Below, one piece after another: positions 50,642-61,522 of a DNA stretch of 64,000 nt (position 1 is its first letter; each line of letters begins with the position of its first letter). The notes under the pieces are model-generated. The model worked only from the letters and a program-made list of their open reading frames with translations, was not told the DNA's origin and made no database searches. Origin of the DNA: Candidatus Poriferihabitaceae bacterium. Lineage in GTDB: Bacteria > Pseudomonadota > Gammaproteobacteria > Arenicellales > Poriferihabitantaceae. The stretch is taken from contig CBDEGO010000003.1 in NCBI GenBank assembly GCA_965237995.1, positions 305,925 through 369,924 on the forward strand, written 5' to 3'. The position numbers and the translations under genes were made by a program.

Positions 50642-51925
50642 TTAACGCTTAAGTATTTTAGCAACAAGCGAGGTTGTGCGTGCCAACGCACCTTGATTTC
50701 GTTTAATGAGTGTTAAACCAGCCTCGCCCATATTTTGTCTTAACGTTTGGTCATTCAGTAAGCTTTGAGCTTGGCTGGCTAATTCTTCAGCAGAGTCTAC
50801 CTGTGCGCCAGCGCTCACTTCAATGACTTGTGCTTTAGCTTGCTTGAAATTTTGCATGTGTGGCCCAAACAATACCGGGACCCCAGCGTGGCATGACTCA
50901 AGAATATTATGCCCACCAATATCAACCAAGCTCCCCCCCACAAAACAAAAACCTGCACAAGCAATAAAACGCTTCAATTCACCCATTGCATCCAATAACA
51001 GCACCTGAGTATCTGCATCTACGGCGGAAGTTTCAGAGACAAGATTAGACCACTTTTGCACGTTAAACCGCGCCTTAGCTAAAGCATATACTTTATCAAA
51101 CCGTTCAGGGTGGCGCGGCGCAATGACTAGCAACGCATTTGGGGTAGCGTCTAATAATTGCGCATGAACTGAAAGCATAATTTCATCTTCACCTTCGTGG
51201 GTACTACCTGCACACCAAAGATGTGATTTCTTCGATCGCAGCCTGTCATTAAGTTTTGCATCTAAAATAGATTCTGCAGTAAACTGATCGTATTTAAGAT
51301 TGCCGGTTACGGTAACTGATTCTGGCTTTGCTCCCAATTCAATAATGCGATCACGATCAACGTTTGTTTGTACAGAAAATACATCAACCTTATTGAGAAT
51401 AGGTTTTAGCAATGGAATCAGATAGCGGTAGCGGTTAATCGATTTATCCCCAATACGCATATTTGCTGTCATGCTTCGCACGCCGCACTGTTGACAAGCA
51501 ATTAACAAATTCGGCCAAATCTCTGTTTCCATAATAATGAGCAAGCTGGGTTGCATTTGATTTAAAAACCGATTCACAAAGTACCGATAGTCATAGGGCA
51601 AATAGCTATGATGAATGCGAGAACCTAATTGCCCTTCAAACTTTTTTTGAATCAGTGCTGACGCTGTTGGCGTGGTACACGTCAGCGTTATGTGTTTATC
51701 GGGGTATTGTTCTATCAGAGCCTCTATCAGTGGAGTCGACGCAATAAACTCCCCGACTGATACAGCGTGCACCCAAATTCCGTTTGGTTTAGCTGTGGTA
51801 GGCGCTCTACCTGTGCGTTCAATTAGTCTGGATTGATAGGCAGGATTTTTTCTAGATCGAAACCACAAACGAACCAGAATGAATGGGGGCGCACAAAATA
51901 AAATTAGCCGATAGAGCCATATCAT
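50642..51925 (-). CDS. waaA: 3-deoxy-D-manno-octulosonic acid (Kdo) transferase
   Basis: WVHAVSVGE motif, GT30 fold. I prefer the ATG at 51925 (MIWLYRL...), which overlaps the hemF TGA as ATGA. The track start is 51946. Confidence 0.93.
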   Translation of the reverse strand: MIWLYRLILFCAPPFILVRLWFRSRKNPAYQSRLIERTGRAPTTAKPNGIWVHAVSVGEFIASTPLIEALIEQYPDKHITLTCTTPTASALIQKKFEGQLGSRIHHSYLPYDYRYFVNRFLNQMQPSLLIIMETEIWPNLLIACQQCGVRSMTANMRIGDKSINRYRYLIPLLKPILNKVDVFSVQTNVDRDRIIELGAKPESVTVTGNLKYDQFTAESILDAKLNDRLRSKKSHLWCAGSTHEGEDEIMLSVHAQLLDATPNALLVIAPRHPERFDKVYALAKARFNVQKWSNLVSETSAVDADTQVLLLDAMGELKRFIACAGFCFVGGSLVDIGGHNILESCHAGVPVLFGPHMQNFKQAKAQVIEVSAGAQVDSAEELASQAQSLLNDQTLRQNMGEAGLTLIKRNQGALARTTSLVAKILKR

Positions 51926-52887
51926 TTTTCCAACACACCCAACCAATCTCGCGGCTTTAGGTAATATTGCGTTAAGCGACTTTCAGCAGAGTCATTCTGG
52001 GCACACCAGTTATACTTCCAACTGACATTGGCAGGCAGGGACATCAGTATTGATTCAATCCGCCCACCCGCCTGCAGCCCAAATATAGTTCCGCGATCAT
52101 ATAGCAAGTTAAATTCAACATAGCGCCCTCTGCGGTAATGTTGAAAAGCCTGTTGGTCGCGATCATAAGGCGTATTAACTCGTTTATGTAAAATAGGCAA
52201 ATAGGCTTTAGCAAAGCTATTACCAACGCTTTGCGTGAAAGCAAAAGCCTTGCCAAAACCGCCTTCATTAAAATCATCGAAAAACAAGCCGCCTACGCCA
52301 CGTGTTTCGTTTCGGTGCTTTAAGTAAAAGTATTCATCACACCAAGCTTTATAGCGGTTGTAATAGGCAGAATCGAATGGATCACACGCTGCTTTAGCTT
52401 GTTGATGCCAGTGCTTAACATCTTCGTCAAAAGGGTAGTACGGTGTTAAATCGTAGCCTCCTCCGAACCACCAAACAGGGTTAGAAGATTCGTAGTCAGC
52501 CACAAATAGCCTTACATTCATGTGGGCGGTCGGTACGAATGGATTGAGTGGGTGTATCACACTGGAAACACCCATAGCTTGAAATGGCTTGCCAGCAATA
52601 TCAGGGCGCTTAGCTGAGGCCGCTGCAGGCAGCGACTTCCCGTAAACATGAGAAAAATTGACGCCACCTTTTTCTATGGGGCTGACACTTAAATCTAACG
52701 ACCGATCAGCGTCCAGATCATCTACAACACGGGTTCTACCGCCGCCGCCACTTGCATTGTTCCATTCATCGGTATGAAATGGCTTATTGTTATTGAACGC
52801 CGATAGCTCCTTACATAGTACATCTTGCAAACCTAGCAAGTAGTGTTTCACTTCGTCGAGATTTAAATCAGTCATCGCGCTAGTCAA
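51922..52887 (-). CDS. hemF: Oxygen-dependent coproporphyrinogen III oxidase
   Basis: GGGGRTRV, NVRLFVA, WWFGGGYDLTPYYP and YRRGRYVEFNLLYDRGTIFGLQ motifs. Confidence 0.96.
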   Translation of the reverse strand: MTSAMTDLNLDEVKHYLLGLQDVLCKELSAFNNNKPFHTDEWNNASGGGGRTRVVDDLDADRSLDLSVSPIEKGGVNFSHVYGKSLPAAASAKRPDIAGKPFQAMGVSSVIHPLNPFVPTAHMNVRLFVADYESSNPVWWFGGGYDLTPYYPFDEDVKHWHQQAKAACDPFDSAYYNRYKAWCDEYFYLKHRNETRGVGGLFFDDFNEGGFGKAFAFTQSVGNSFAKAYLPILHKRVNTPYDRDQQAFQHYRRGRYVEFNLLYDRGTIFGLQAGGRIESILMSLPANVSWKYNWCAQNDSAESRLTQYYLKPRDWLGVLEK

Positions 52888-52898
52888 TTGGGTTTTCG

Positions 52899-53456
52899 TT
52901 AAGCAGACCGAATGATTGTATCGGTCAATAAATCTCGAATCTCGCTGGGGTTGGTGTCACCGCCGGTATGCCCCGGTAAGATGTAATCAACTTCTTTACC
53001 AAACTGACGCACGGCATCGGCATATTCAGTCACTGCAGATTCGCCCTGGCGATTAGCACTGGTGGACACGATGGCACTATTTGCGCGCGCGCACAGCGCC
53101 CTAACAAATTCGTGTGCACTAATGCGTAACGCAACACTTTCAAATTCACCCTTTATCCACACAGGGCACGAAGCACTTACGGGGAACAACCATGTATACG
53201 GTCCCGGCCAAGTCGCCTGCGCTTTAGTTAAATGATGCGGAGAAACCACTTGGGTAAAAGTGGAAAATTGCTTAAAGTTACTGCCGACTAGAATCAGCCC
53301 TTTTGTCCAACAACGTTGCTTGATGACTAAGATTCTGTCTACACCCGCTTTCTCAGTAGGCAAGCAACCTAAACCGTAACAAGATTCCGTGGGATAGGCT
53401 ATTACCCCTCCCGCGAGTAATGTCTCTATTGCCTTGTTTACCTCAACTTCATTCAT
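52899..53456 (-). CDS. tsaC: L-threonylcarbamoyladenylate synthase type 1 (TsaC/YrdC)
   Basis: YrdC domain YPTESCYGLGC...TSANRQGE, 185 aa. Confidence 0.9.
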   Translation of the reverse strand: MNEVEVNKAIETLLAGGVIAYPTESCYGLGCLPTEKAGVDRILVIKQRCWTKGLILVGSNFKQFSTFTQVVSPHHLTKAQATWPGPYTWLFPVSASCPVWIKGEFESVALRISAHEFVRALCARANSAIVSTSANRQGESAVTEYADAVRQFGKEVDYILPGHTGGDTNPSEIRDLLTDTIIRSA

Positions 53457-53464
53457 GCCCTTAA

Positions 53465-53839
53465 TTATGTCCGACTAAGCGCAATCAGTTTATTAAATAA
53501 CTTAATAATTAAAGGACAGATTATTAGCACACCCGACCAATCTGCTAACCAATCAAAAGTGGAATAACCACGCCCAGGAATGAAGTGTTGTATGACTTCC
53601 GTGGTTACCCCATAGAGGCATAAAACCACAGCCACTGTGGGCCAGTATTGAAATTTACCTAAACTAGCCATATAGGCGGTTAAGCTTAGCCATGTGAACC
53701 CAGCAGCATGGTAAATTTTGTCGTATCCAGCGACTACTTTAACTTCTGGAACCGGTGTGAACAGTTGCCAGCTTAGAAGAAGTAAGCTTACTACGAATAG
53801 TAAACCGCTCAGTACACTGATAAAGTTAGACCGTGGCAC
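53465..53839 (-). CDS. VanZ family membrane protein
   Basis: 4 TM segments. DKIYHAAGF and TEVIQHFIPGRGYSTFDWLADWSG motifs. Confidence 0.75.
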   Translation of the reverse strand: MPRSNFISVLSGLLFVVSLLLLSWQLFTPVPEVKVVAGYDKIYHAAGFTWLSLTAYMASLGKFQYWPTVAVVLCLYGVTTEVIQHFIPGRGYSTFDWLADWSGVLIICPLIIKLFNKLIALSRT

Positions 53840-53852
53840 AGAGTAAAATCAG

Positions 53853-55136
53853 TTACGGTTTATTTTCTCGCGCAATGGCTTTGTGACCAATATCACGCCG
53901 ATACCACATGCCATCCCAACTGATAGCTGACACGCTTTGATAAGCGTTAGTTTGTGCCTGCAATGTAGATTCACCGAGTGCACAGACGCACAGCACTCTG
54001 CCACCGCTGGTCAGTAATTGCTCATCTTGCTGCTTCACACCCGCATAAAATACCTTGGCTTGACTTTGTTCGGTGGGCATAGAAATTACTTTCCCACTCG
54101 TATAACTGCCAGGATAGCCCTCAGAAGCTAATACCACTCCAAGTGCGGTATGTTGCGACCATTGTAACGATTCATGTTGTAACATCTGCTTAGTCGCAGC
54201 AAGACAGTGGCTAACCAAATCAGACTGTAAACGCATCATGATAGGCTGTGTTTCTGGGTCTCCCATCCGGCAGTTAAACTCCAAGACTTTTGGCGTACCT
54301 TGAGCATCTATCATTACACCTGCATATAAAAAGCCCGTGTACGGCATACCTTCAGCGGCTAAGCCATTTAAAGTCGGGTGAATAATCGTAGACATAATTC
54401 GTTCATGCATGACGTCATCAACAACAGGTGCGGGCGAATAAGCGCCCATACCGCCCGTGTTTGGTCCCGTATCATCTTCGTAGGCTGCCTTATGATCCTG
54501 ACTGGTCGCCAACGGAACAACCGATTGACCATCCGCCATGCAAATAAAACTGGCCTCTTCACCGTGTAAAAATTCTTCAATAACCACGCTGGCCCCCGCG
54601 TCACCGAACTGGCTGTCGGTTAGAATGTCATTCAGTGCTTCAAAGGCCTGCGCTTGATCTTCAGCAATAATCACGCCCTTTCCTGCCGCTAAGCCATCGG
54701 CTTTAATCACGATCGGCGTACCCATCATTTCGACGTAACGCTTCGCTTCATCAACATCGACAAAACTGGCATAACGTGCGGTTGGTATACCATGGCGCTC
54801 TAAAAAGTCCTTCGCAAATACTTTCGAGCCTTCTAACCGCGCCGCCTCTTTACTCGGACCAAAGCAGGCAATATTGCGTGATTTAAGCTCGTCACTCAAG
54901 CCAAGCACTAAAGGAACTTCAGGGCCGATAATGCATAAATCAACGCCTTCATCAACGCAAAATTGCGAAATGCCTTCAACGTCATCAACCTTAATGTCAA
55001 TGTTAGTGGCCTTGTCTTCGGTCGCAGTACCTGCGTTACCGGGTAGTGCAAATATTTGCGAAACTAAGGGAGACTGCGCAGATTTCCATACCAAGGCATG
55101 CTCTCGTCCACCCTCGCCGACAATAACAACTTTCAT
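53853..55136 (-). CDS. purD: Phosphoribosylamine--glycine ligase
   Basis: MKVVIVGEGGREHAL...ATP-grasp...GGMGAYSPAP. Confidence 0.97.
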   Translation of the reverse strand: MKVVIVGEGGREHALVWKSAQSPLVSQIFALPGNAGTATEDKATNIDIKVDDVEGISQFCVDEGVDLCIIGPEVPLVLGLSDELKSRNIACFGPSKEAARLEGSKVFAKDFLERHGIPTARYASFVDVDEAKRYVEMMGTPIVIKADGLAAGKGVIIAEDQAQAFEALNDILTDSQFGDAGASVVIEEFLHGEEASFICMADGQSVVPLATSQDHKAAYEDDTGPNTGGMGAYSPAPVVDDVMHERIMSTIIHPTLNGLAAEGMPYTGFLYAGVMIDAQGTPKVLEFNCRMGDPETQPIMMRLQSDLVSHCLAATKQMLQHESLQWSQHTALGVVLASEGYPGSYTSGKVISMPTEQSQAKVFYAGVKQQDEQLLTSGGRVLCVCALGESTLQAQTNAYQSVSAISWDGMWYRRDIGHKAIARENKP

Positions 55137-55139
55137 GCT

Positions 55140-56705
55140 TTAATGCCTAAAGTGGCGAATACCAGTAAATACCATGGCAATATTGTGTTCATTCGCCGCT
55201 GCAATGACTTCTTCATCCTTCATCGAACCACCGGGTTGAATCACAGCGCGAATGCCCACACTCGCGGCATTATCTATACCATCTCGAAAAGGAAAAAATG
55301 CATCCGATGCCATGACCGCGCCTGAAACCGACAACTCGGCCTGTTCGGCTTTTATAGCGGCAATTCTCGCTGAATTGACTCTACTCATTTGGCCTGCACC
55401 AACTCCAATAGTCATGCCATTTTTTGCGTAAATAATCGCATTAGACTTTACAAATTTAGCAACCTTCCAACTAAATAATAGATCAACCATTTCCTGCTCA
55501 CTTGGTGCTCGATCGGTCACAATCTTTAATTCACTCACTAACTGTTGATCAGCGTTTTGCAATAATAATCCGCCATTTACTCGCTTTGATTCAAATCTTA
55601 CAGGCACCTGTTTTTCCCAAACACCGCTTTGTAGTACGCGCACGTTTTGCTTTGACGCTAAAACCTCGCTTGCACCTTCGCTGACGCTGGGAGCGATGAT
55701 CACTTCAACGAATTGCTGTTCTACAATCAAGCGCGCGGTTTGCTTATCTAATGGTTGATTGAACGCGATTATTCCACCAAAAGCAGATTCCTTATCGGTA
55801 CTGAATGCCTTGCGATAAGCTTCTACTTGGGAATCAGCCATCGCAACACCGCAAGGGTTGGCGTGCTTTACAATCACGCAGGCCGCCCCTTCATCAAACT
55901 GCTTAACGCACTCTAACGCTGCATCAGTATCTGCGATATTGTTATATGAAAGCGCTTTACCTTGCAATTGAACAGCACTTGCGATACTGGCAACCTGCGG
56001 CGGCTGTTCAACATAAAACGCTGCATTTTGATGCGGATTTTCACCATAGCGCATCTCTTGGCTTAATTTAAATTGTTGATTATACGTATTAGAAAACAGC
56101 TTAACCTCGCCAGACGGCTTAATTGCCCCAAGATAATTTGCGATTGCACCATCGTAACGCGCGGTAAGTTCAAACGCTTTAATACTAAACTGATAGCGCG
56201 ACGCAGCACTCGTTCCTCTGTGAGTTACGAGCTCTTCCAATAATATTGCATAGTCACAAGGATCAACCACAACGGTTACATCTTGATGATTCTTTGCCGC
56301 TGCCCGTAACATCGTTGGACCCCCAATATCGATATTTTCTATTGCCGTCTCAAAAGTGCAATCACTACGCGCAACCGTATCTTCAAACGGGTACAAATTG
56401 ATGACCACTAAATCAATAGGGGCAATGTGATGTTCTGCCATGACTTCGTCATCAATACCACGACGCCCTAGGATACCCCCGTGGACTTTAGGGTGTAGAG
56501 TTTTTACTCGACCATCCATCATTTCGGGAAACTCTGTGTAATCGCTTACGTCTTGCACGGCAATACCCGCGTCTTTTAAGACCTGTGCGGTCCCACCCGT
56601 AGATAGAATTTCAACGCCCTGCTCTATTAAACTATTGGCTAACTCCAACAAACCTGATTTATCAGATACGCTAATCAAAGCTCGATTTATTTTTTTATAT
56701 GACAT
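55140..56705 (-). CDS. purH: Bifunctional AICAR transformylase / IMP cyclohydrolase
   Basis: [14 protein letters not shown] domain, [13 protein letters not shown]-terminal AICARFT domain ending FRH. Confidence 0.97.
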   Translation of the reverse strand: MSYKKINRALISVSDKSGLLELANSLIEQGVEILSTGGTAQVLKDAGIAVQDVSDYTEFPEMMDGRVKTLHPKVHGGILGRRGIDDEVMAEHHIAPIDLVVINLYPFEDTVARSDCTFETAIENIDIGGPTMLRAAAKNHQDVTVVVDPCDYAILLEELVTHRGTSAASRYQFSIKAFELTARYDGAIANYLGAIKPSGEVKLFSNTYNQQFKLSQEMRYGENPHQNAAFYVEQPPQVASIASAVQLQGKALSYNNIADTDAALECVKQFDEGAACVIVKHANPCGVAMADSQVEAYRKAFSTDKESAFGGIIAFNQPLDKQTARLIVEQQFVEVIIAPSVSEGASEVLASKQNVRVLQSGVWEKQVPVRFESKRVNGGLLLQNADQQLVSELKIVTDRAPSEQEMVDLLFSWKVAKFVKSNAIIYAKNGMTIGVGAGQMSRVNSARIAAIKAEQAELSVSGAVMASDAFFPFRDGIDNAASVGIRAVIQPGGSMKDEEVIAAANEHNIAMVFTGIRHFRH

Positions 56706-56758
56706 ATAAACAATAGCTTATAAAGCTATTTTAACAACGATATAGATATTAAAAACGC

Positions 56759-57004
56759 TTAATCGAGCATATCAAATTTAGCTAATCTGTTGCGCAAAGT
56801 ATTTCGATTAACCCCTAAAATACTCGCTGCATCAGTTTGATTCCCATTAGCGTATTTCATGGCATAGGCAACCAACGGCCGCTCAACCTCTAGCATCACC
56901 ATTTTATGCAAATGCCCCGGGTGCTCCCCGTTCAGATCTTCAATATATTGGTCTAGCGCTCGGTTAACCGCATCAGCTAAATAGAGTTTTTTTGGTTGAC
57001 TCAT
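56759..57004 (-). CDS. fis: Nucleoid-associated DNA-binding protein Fis (short form, 81 aa)
   Basis: C-terminal helix-turn-helix GNQTDAASILGVNRNTLRNRLAKF. dusB-fis synteny. The ATG is immediately preceded in-frame by the dusB TAA. Confidence 0.9.
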   Translation of the reverse strand: MSQPKKLYLADAVNRALDQYIEDLNGEHPGHLHKMVMLEVERPLVAYAMKYANGNQTDAASILGVNRNTLRNRLAKFDMLD

Positions 57005-58015
57005 TTAGGCTGCTACCAATAACGGTGTGTTAGCAATGCGACTGTATAGATCTTCAACCTCAGTAAGCACTTTGTTCGGGTCGGTAAGGTTATTGATGTT
57101 CTTCAACTGGCACATTAACTCAGGGTCAGTTTTAACTATATTCAATAGATACCAACGGATATGTTTTCGAGCAATCCTAACGCCCATCTGCACACCATAG
57201 TGCTGAAAAATCATTTCTATATGCCATAAACACACTTCCATCTGTTGAACTATCGTTGGGCTACTGGGCATTATCACGTTCTCATTTTCAGATAAAGCTT
57301 CAACCAGTTGACCTAAAAACCAAGGACAGCCTTGAACGCCACGTCCTACCATGACGGCATCCGCCTGTGTATCGTTGATCACCGTGATTGCTTTGGCGAC
57401 ACTAGTGATATCACCATTAGCTACGACTGGGATAGCAACTTGTTGCTTTATCTGCTTAATGGTCTCGTATTCAGCCTCTCCATTAAATTTGCAAGCGCGA
57501 GTTCGACCATGGACAGCCAAGCTTTGAATTCCTGCATTTTCCGCGATACTGGCGATACGTAATGCGTTTTTATTTAGCTTATCATAGCCAGTACGTATCT
57601 TTAAGGTAACCGGCACTTCAACCGCGTTAACTACCGTTGTGAGGATATCATCCACTAAACTTTCATTAGCTAATAAGGCAGAACCAGCGGCTTTTTTAAG
57701 TACCTTCTTAGCCGGACAACCCATATTGATATCAATTATTTTTGCGCCATTATCAACGTTATAACGCGCGGCAGCCGCCAAGACTTTAGGGTCATTTCCA
57801 ACTAACTGCACCGAAGTAATCCCTGCTTCGTTCTGCCTTAATCTCCTGAGTTGGCTTTTCTTAGAATCACGTAGCTTTTCTGAGGATGCGACCATCTCGG
57901 ATACAGTCATCCCTACTCCATACTTTCGAGCAACTTGCCTAAACGGGAAATCTGTTATTCCGCTCATTGGTGCGAAAATGACCGGTGCAACTAGGTGTAG
58001 ACTATCGATGTTCAC
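57005..58015 (-). CDS. dusB: tRNA-dihydrouridine synthase B
   Basis: APMSGITDFPFR, DINMGCPAKKV and HGRTR motifs. Confidence 0.95.
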   Translation of the reverse strand: MNIDSLHLVAPVIFAPMSGITDFPFRQVARKYGVGMTVSEMVASSEKLRDSKKSQLRRLRQNEAGITSVQLVGNDPKVLAAAARYNVDNGAKIIDINMGCPAKKVLKKAAGSALLANESLVDDILTTVVNAVEVPVTLKIRTGYDKLNKNALRIASIAENAGIQSLAVHGRTRACKFNGEAEYETIKQIKQQVAIPVVANGDITSVAKAITVINDTQADAVMVGRGVQGCPWFLGQLVEALSENENVIMPSSPTIVQQMEVCLWHIEMIFQHYGVQMGVRIARKHIRWYLLNIVKTDPELMCQLKNINNLTDPNKVLTEVEDLYSRIANTPLLVAA

Positions 58016-59278
58016 TTAATGAAGGCTAACTTCAAAGCCCACTGCATTGTCCGGTGGATTATCTAGTTTCAAAATAACTTTACCGATATTGCCCGGGGGA
58101 ATGACCGCTTCTGGCTTGGTTAAATAATCTTCCGGGTTTAAAAATCGCTGACCAACGGTTAGACCTCGCAGGTTTTTCAAACTCAACTTAACGACAGGAT
58201 ACTTCTGCGGCACCTTGAGCCGATTAAGGATAAACAATGACACATTAAGCGGCTCGCTCGGCGTTAGGTTCAAATCCATTCGGGATACGACAATATCTAA
58301 CGACGAAGGATCTATACCTGTTTCACATTCAATAAATTTACAGCCATATTGCACCACAGCGCTATTAGATATTTTATTCTGTAGGCTGGTGCTTAACGTC
58401 GGCTTGAACTGATAAACCAATAAACCAAGCAGCGCTAGCGCGATGATTATCCAGAATAAGAAACTTGCTGTATGTTTAATCGCAATCCAAAAAGCTCCAG
58501 CATTTCCTATCGCTTTTGGCTCATCGTCAACATCATCTAAAATACTAAGCGCCGGTTCTAGCTGCTCTGTATTACCGTTACGGTCTATATCTTGTGCATC
58601 ATCTCCCATTTGCGGCTCATTGTAGTTAACCATTCCATCCGTTTGATCTGTGCCGAAAATTGCTTTTCGCTGCAGCTCATCTTCTTTTTCTAATTCGGCA
58701 CGCAAAGAGGCATCTAGAAAGTCTTCATCATCTACTTGACGCAAATCGCCTGTTACATCGCTAGATTTAGCACTCCCACTTACATTAGTAGTTTCATCAG
58801 CATTTAAAAACTCGTCTGCATCATTTCGGACAAATAAACCGCTATCGCGAGTTGGCTTTAGTTTCGGCTCGCGTAGTTCATCGTCATGCTCACCATACTG
58901 GTTGAAAACTATATTTGCCTTATCTGACTCGCTATCGCTCTCTGGCCTTAGGTCAGCAGACGATAAGCGTTCTTCTTCATCACTAAATAGCTCTGAATCA
59001 GCGACATGTTGTTCCGAAGATACATCAATTTTTTCATCTTGAGGTTCAGTCTGCTGTTCAATAAGTTTGCTTACTTCAGTATCGTCATGCTCGGCGCTAG
59101 TAGTAACAGGTAGAAGAAACTCTTTACGAGTTAAATCGTTCACTGGCGACTCAAATTGATCATAGAAGTTAAATTTGAAATCACACTTACCGCAACGAAA
59201 AAAACCGCCATAAGAATCCACCATGCTTTGCGATGCACGGTATCTTGTCTGACAGTTTGGGCATTGAGTCACTAACAT
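58016..59278 (-). CDS. Zinc-ribbon (MJ0042-type) membrane protein with C-terminal DUF3426-like domain
   Basis: N-terminal CPNCQTRY...CGKCDFKF ribbon, ~200-aa acidic low-complexity linker, one TM (FLFWIIIALALLGLLVY), beta-rich C-domain. Conserved prmA-X-dusB position. Confidence 0.7.
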   Translation of the reverse strand: MLVTQCPNCQTRYRASQSMVDSYGGFFRCGKCDFKFNFYDQFESPVNDLTRKEFLLPVTTSAEHDDTEVSKLIEQQTEPQDEKIDVSSEQHVADSELFSDEEERLSSADLRPESDSESDKANIVFNQYGEHDDELREPKLKPTRDSGLFVRNDADEFLNADETTNVSGSAKSSDVTGDLRQVDDEDFLDASLRAELEKEDELQRKAIFGTDQTDGMVNYNEPQMGDDAQDIDRNGNTEQLEPALSILDDVDDEPKAIGNAGAFWIAIKHTASFLFWIIIALALLGLLVYQFKPTLSTSLQNKISNSAVVQYGCKFIECETGIDPSSLDIVVSRMDLNLTPSEPLNVSLFILNRLKVPQKYPVVKLSLKNLRGLTVGQRFLNPEDYLTKPEAVIPPGNIGKVILKLDNPPDNAVGFEVSLH

Positions 59279-60162
59279 GGCTGATCTTTAGTCCCTAGCA
59301 GGGCAACCCATTCGTTCTTTTGTATTGTTTCAAAATCGAACTCATTATCGTATGCAGAAATAACCGATTGCGCCTGATGGGCCAGTATTCCAGAGAGTAT
59401 TAACGTACCGCCCGTATCTACTGCATTTGCGATTGCATCGTGCAAGTCAACGAGCGCTCCAGCAAGAATATTGGCGACCACCACATTATAACGTTCTCCT
59501 TCAACTTGTGAAGCTGATCGTACCTTAAATTGGTCGCTTACTCCGTTAGTCTGACTGTTTTCTATAGCAACTTGCTCAGCTTTAGGGTCTATATCAACAC
59601 CAACTGCTTGTTGTGCACCGAGCTTTATGGCCGCTATCGCTAAAATACCAGAACCACAGCCATAATCTAAGATGGACAGGTTGTTCGTGTAGTCGAGCCG
59701 CTTCAAAAGCCGCATGCACAATTGGGTCGTTTCATGGGTACCGGTACCAAATGCCAACCCCGGATCTATTTTTATAACAATAGCGCTTTGTGGAAATTGC
59801 TCTTCGCTCCAGCTAGGGCAAACCCATAAATCAGATTCAATTTCTTGAGCGACATATTGGTTTTGCCAAACGGTCTCCCAGTTTTGATCTTCCAAGTTAC
59901 TAATAGAAACTGCGCTCACTTCTGGCAAACTACTCTTAATAGTGAGCAACAGTCCATCGATAGATTGGTCATGTTCAAACAAGGCCGTTACGCGTTGCTT
60001 TTGCCATTGAGGTAAGCTTGGCGCGGCCAAGTCATAATACGAATCTTCACCAGCGTTTTCTTGCATAACCGCCTGCGCGCCATGCGCTTGCGCCATATCG
60101 ATCAAACAGTCTACCTTATCTAACTCACAATGAGCAGACAGTTGTTTCCACGCCGCAGTCAC
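59272..60162 (-). CDS. prmA: Ribosomal protein L11 methyltransferase
   Basis: DPGLAFGTGTHETT and DYGCGSGILAIAA SAM-binding motif. Confidence 0.94.
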   Translation of the reverse strand: MTAAWKQLSAHCELDKVDCLIDMAQAHGAQAVMQENAGEDSYYDLAAPSLPQWQKQRVTALFEHDQSIDGLLLTIKSSLPEVSAVSISNLEDQNWETVWQNQYVAQEIESDLWVCPSWSEEQFPQSAIVIKIDPGLAFGTGTHETTQLCMRLLKRLDYTNNLSILDYGCGSGILAIAAIKLGAQQAVGVDIDPKAEQVAIENSQTNGVSDQFKVRSASQVEGERYNVVVANILAGALVDLHDAIANAVDTGGTLILSGILAHQAQSVISAYDNEFDFETIQKNEWVALLGTKDQPC

Positions 60163-60163
60163 G

Positions 60164-61513
60164 TTAGTGATTGGTCGCTAACTTCTTTTCAAGGTAGTGA
60201 ATGTCTTGCTCGCCTTCGACAAACCCTTGATCTTGTAGTAAATCTACATGTAGCGGCAAATTAGTCTTAATACCATCAACCACCATCTCTTGCAAAGCAC
60301 CCTGCATTCTTGCTATTGCCTGTTCTCTTGTTGCGCCATGAGTAATCAATTTGCCAATCATCGAATCATAGTAAGGCGGCACGACGTAGTTGGTGTAGGC
60401 ATGTGAGTCGACTCGCACGCCTGGCCCGCCCGCCATATGATAATGGGTGATCTCGCCAGGAGATGGCAGGAAAGTTTCGGGGTCTTCTGCGTTAATACGA
60501 CACTCTATCGCATGCCCATTAAACTTAATATCGTCTTGTTTAAACCGTATAGGCCTGCCATCCGCAACGATTAATTGTTGGCGTATCAAGTCGATTCCCG
60601 TAATCATTTCTGTTACAGGGTGCTCTACCTGAATACGGGTATTCATCTCAATAAAGTAAAATATTTCATCTTGATACAAAAACTCGAACGTACCAACACC
60701 GCGATAACTAATCGCCTTGGCCGCTTCAGCACAGCGATTACCAATTTCTTGACGCAATTTGTCACTTATTCCTGGAGCTGGCGCCTCTTCTATCACTTTC
60801 TGATGACGGCGTTGCATTGAACAATCTCGATCACCTAAATGCACCGCATTACCGTGCTGGTCGGCCAGCACTTGAATTTCGACGTGTCGAGGCCGGGTTA
60901 AAAACTTTTCCATATAAACAACTTCGTTATTAAACGCAGCCGCTGCTTCCTGTTGAGTAAGCTTAATAGAGGAAAGCAAGTCTTCTTCTGATTCAACTAC
61001 CCGCATCCCCCGACCACCACCGCCACCGGCAGCTTTTATAATCACGGGCAAGCCAATCTGCCTAGCCATCGCTATAATTTCATCTGGCTTATTGACATCT
61101 AACGGCCCGTCCGAGCCTGGCACACAAGGAACACCCGTTGCCTTCATGGCTTTAATGGCAGAAATTTTATCGCCCATCATGCGAATGCTATGCGCTTGTG
61201 GTCCAACAAAAATGAAACCACTTTGTTCTACACGCTCGGCAAAATCTGCGTTTTCGGACAGCAAACCATAACCAGGGTGAATGGCATCTGAGCCCGTGAC
61301 TTCCGCCGCCGCAATCACTGCTGAAATATCTAAATAGCTTTTAATTGCTGGAGGCGGCCCTATGCAAACTGATTCGTCCGCCAGTTTCACGTACTTCGCT
61401 TTAGCATCGGCTTGCGAATGCAAAGCAACCGTCTGAATACCTAATTGTTTACAGGCGCGCAGTATACGTAGGGCTATTTCGCCGCGATTGGCGATGGCTA
61501 GCTTTTTGATCAT
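60164..61513 (-). CDS. accC: Acetyl-CoA carboxylase biotin carboxylase subunit
   Basis: ATP-grasp; [10 protein letters not shown] and [14 protein letters not shown]. Confidence 0.98.
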   Translation of the reverse strand: MIKKLAIANRGEIALRILRACKQLGIQTVALHSQADAKAKYVKLADESVCIGPPPAIKSYLDISAVIAAAEVTGSDAIHPGYGLLSENADFAERVEQSGFIFVGPQAHSIRMMGDKISAIKAMKATGVPCVPGSDGPLDVNKPDEIIAMARQIGLPVIIKAAGGGGGRGMRVVESEEDLLSSIKLTQQEAAAAFNNEVVYMEKFLTRPRHVEIQVLADQHGNAVHLGDRDCSMQRRHQKVIEEAPAPGISDKLRQEIGNRCAEAAKAISYRGVGTFEFLYQDEIFYFIEMNTRIQVEHPVTEMITGIDLIRQQLIVADGRPIRFKQDDIKFNGHAIECRINAEDPETFLPSPGEITHYHMAGGPGVRVDSHAYTNYVVPPYYDSMIGKLITHGATREQAIARMQGALQEMVVDGIKTNLPLHVDLLQDQGFVEGEQDIHYLEKKLATNH

Positions 61514-61522
61514 TATGACAAC

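Noticed and set aside
50581-50645. Strong AGGAGG followed 10 nt later by a 15-codon plus-strand mini-ORF (MIPLFEKIPPQNYIC) between the small ORF and waaA
   Set aside because: The spacing is long for a Shine-Dalgarno. The ORF runs into the waaA stop on the opposite strand, and there is no promoter or conservation evidence. It is probably chance.
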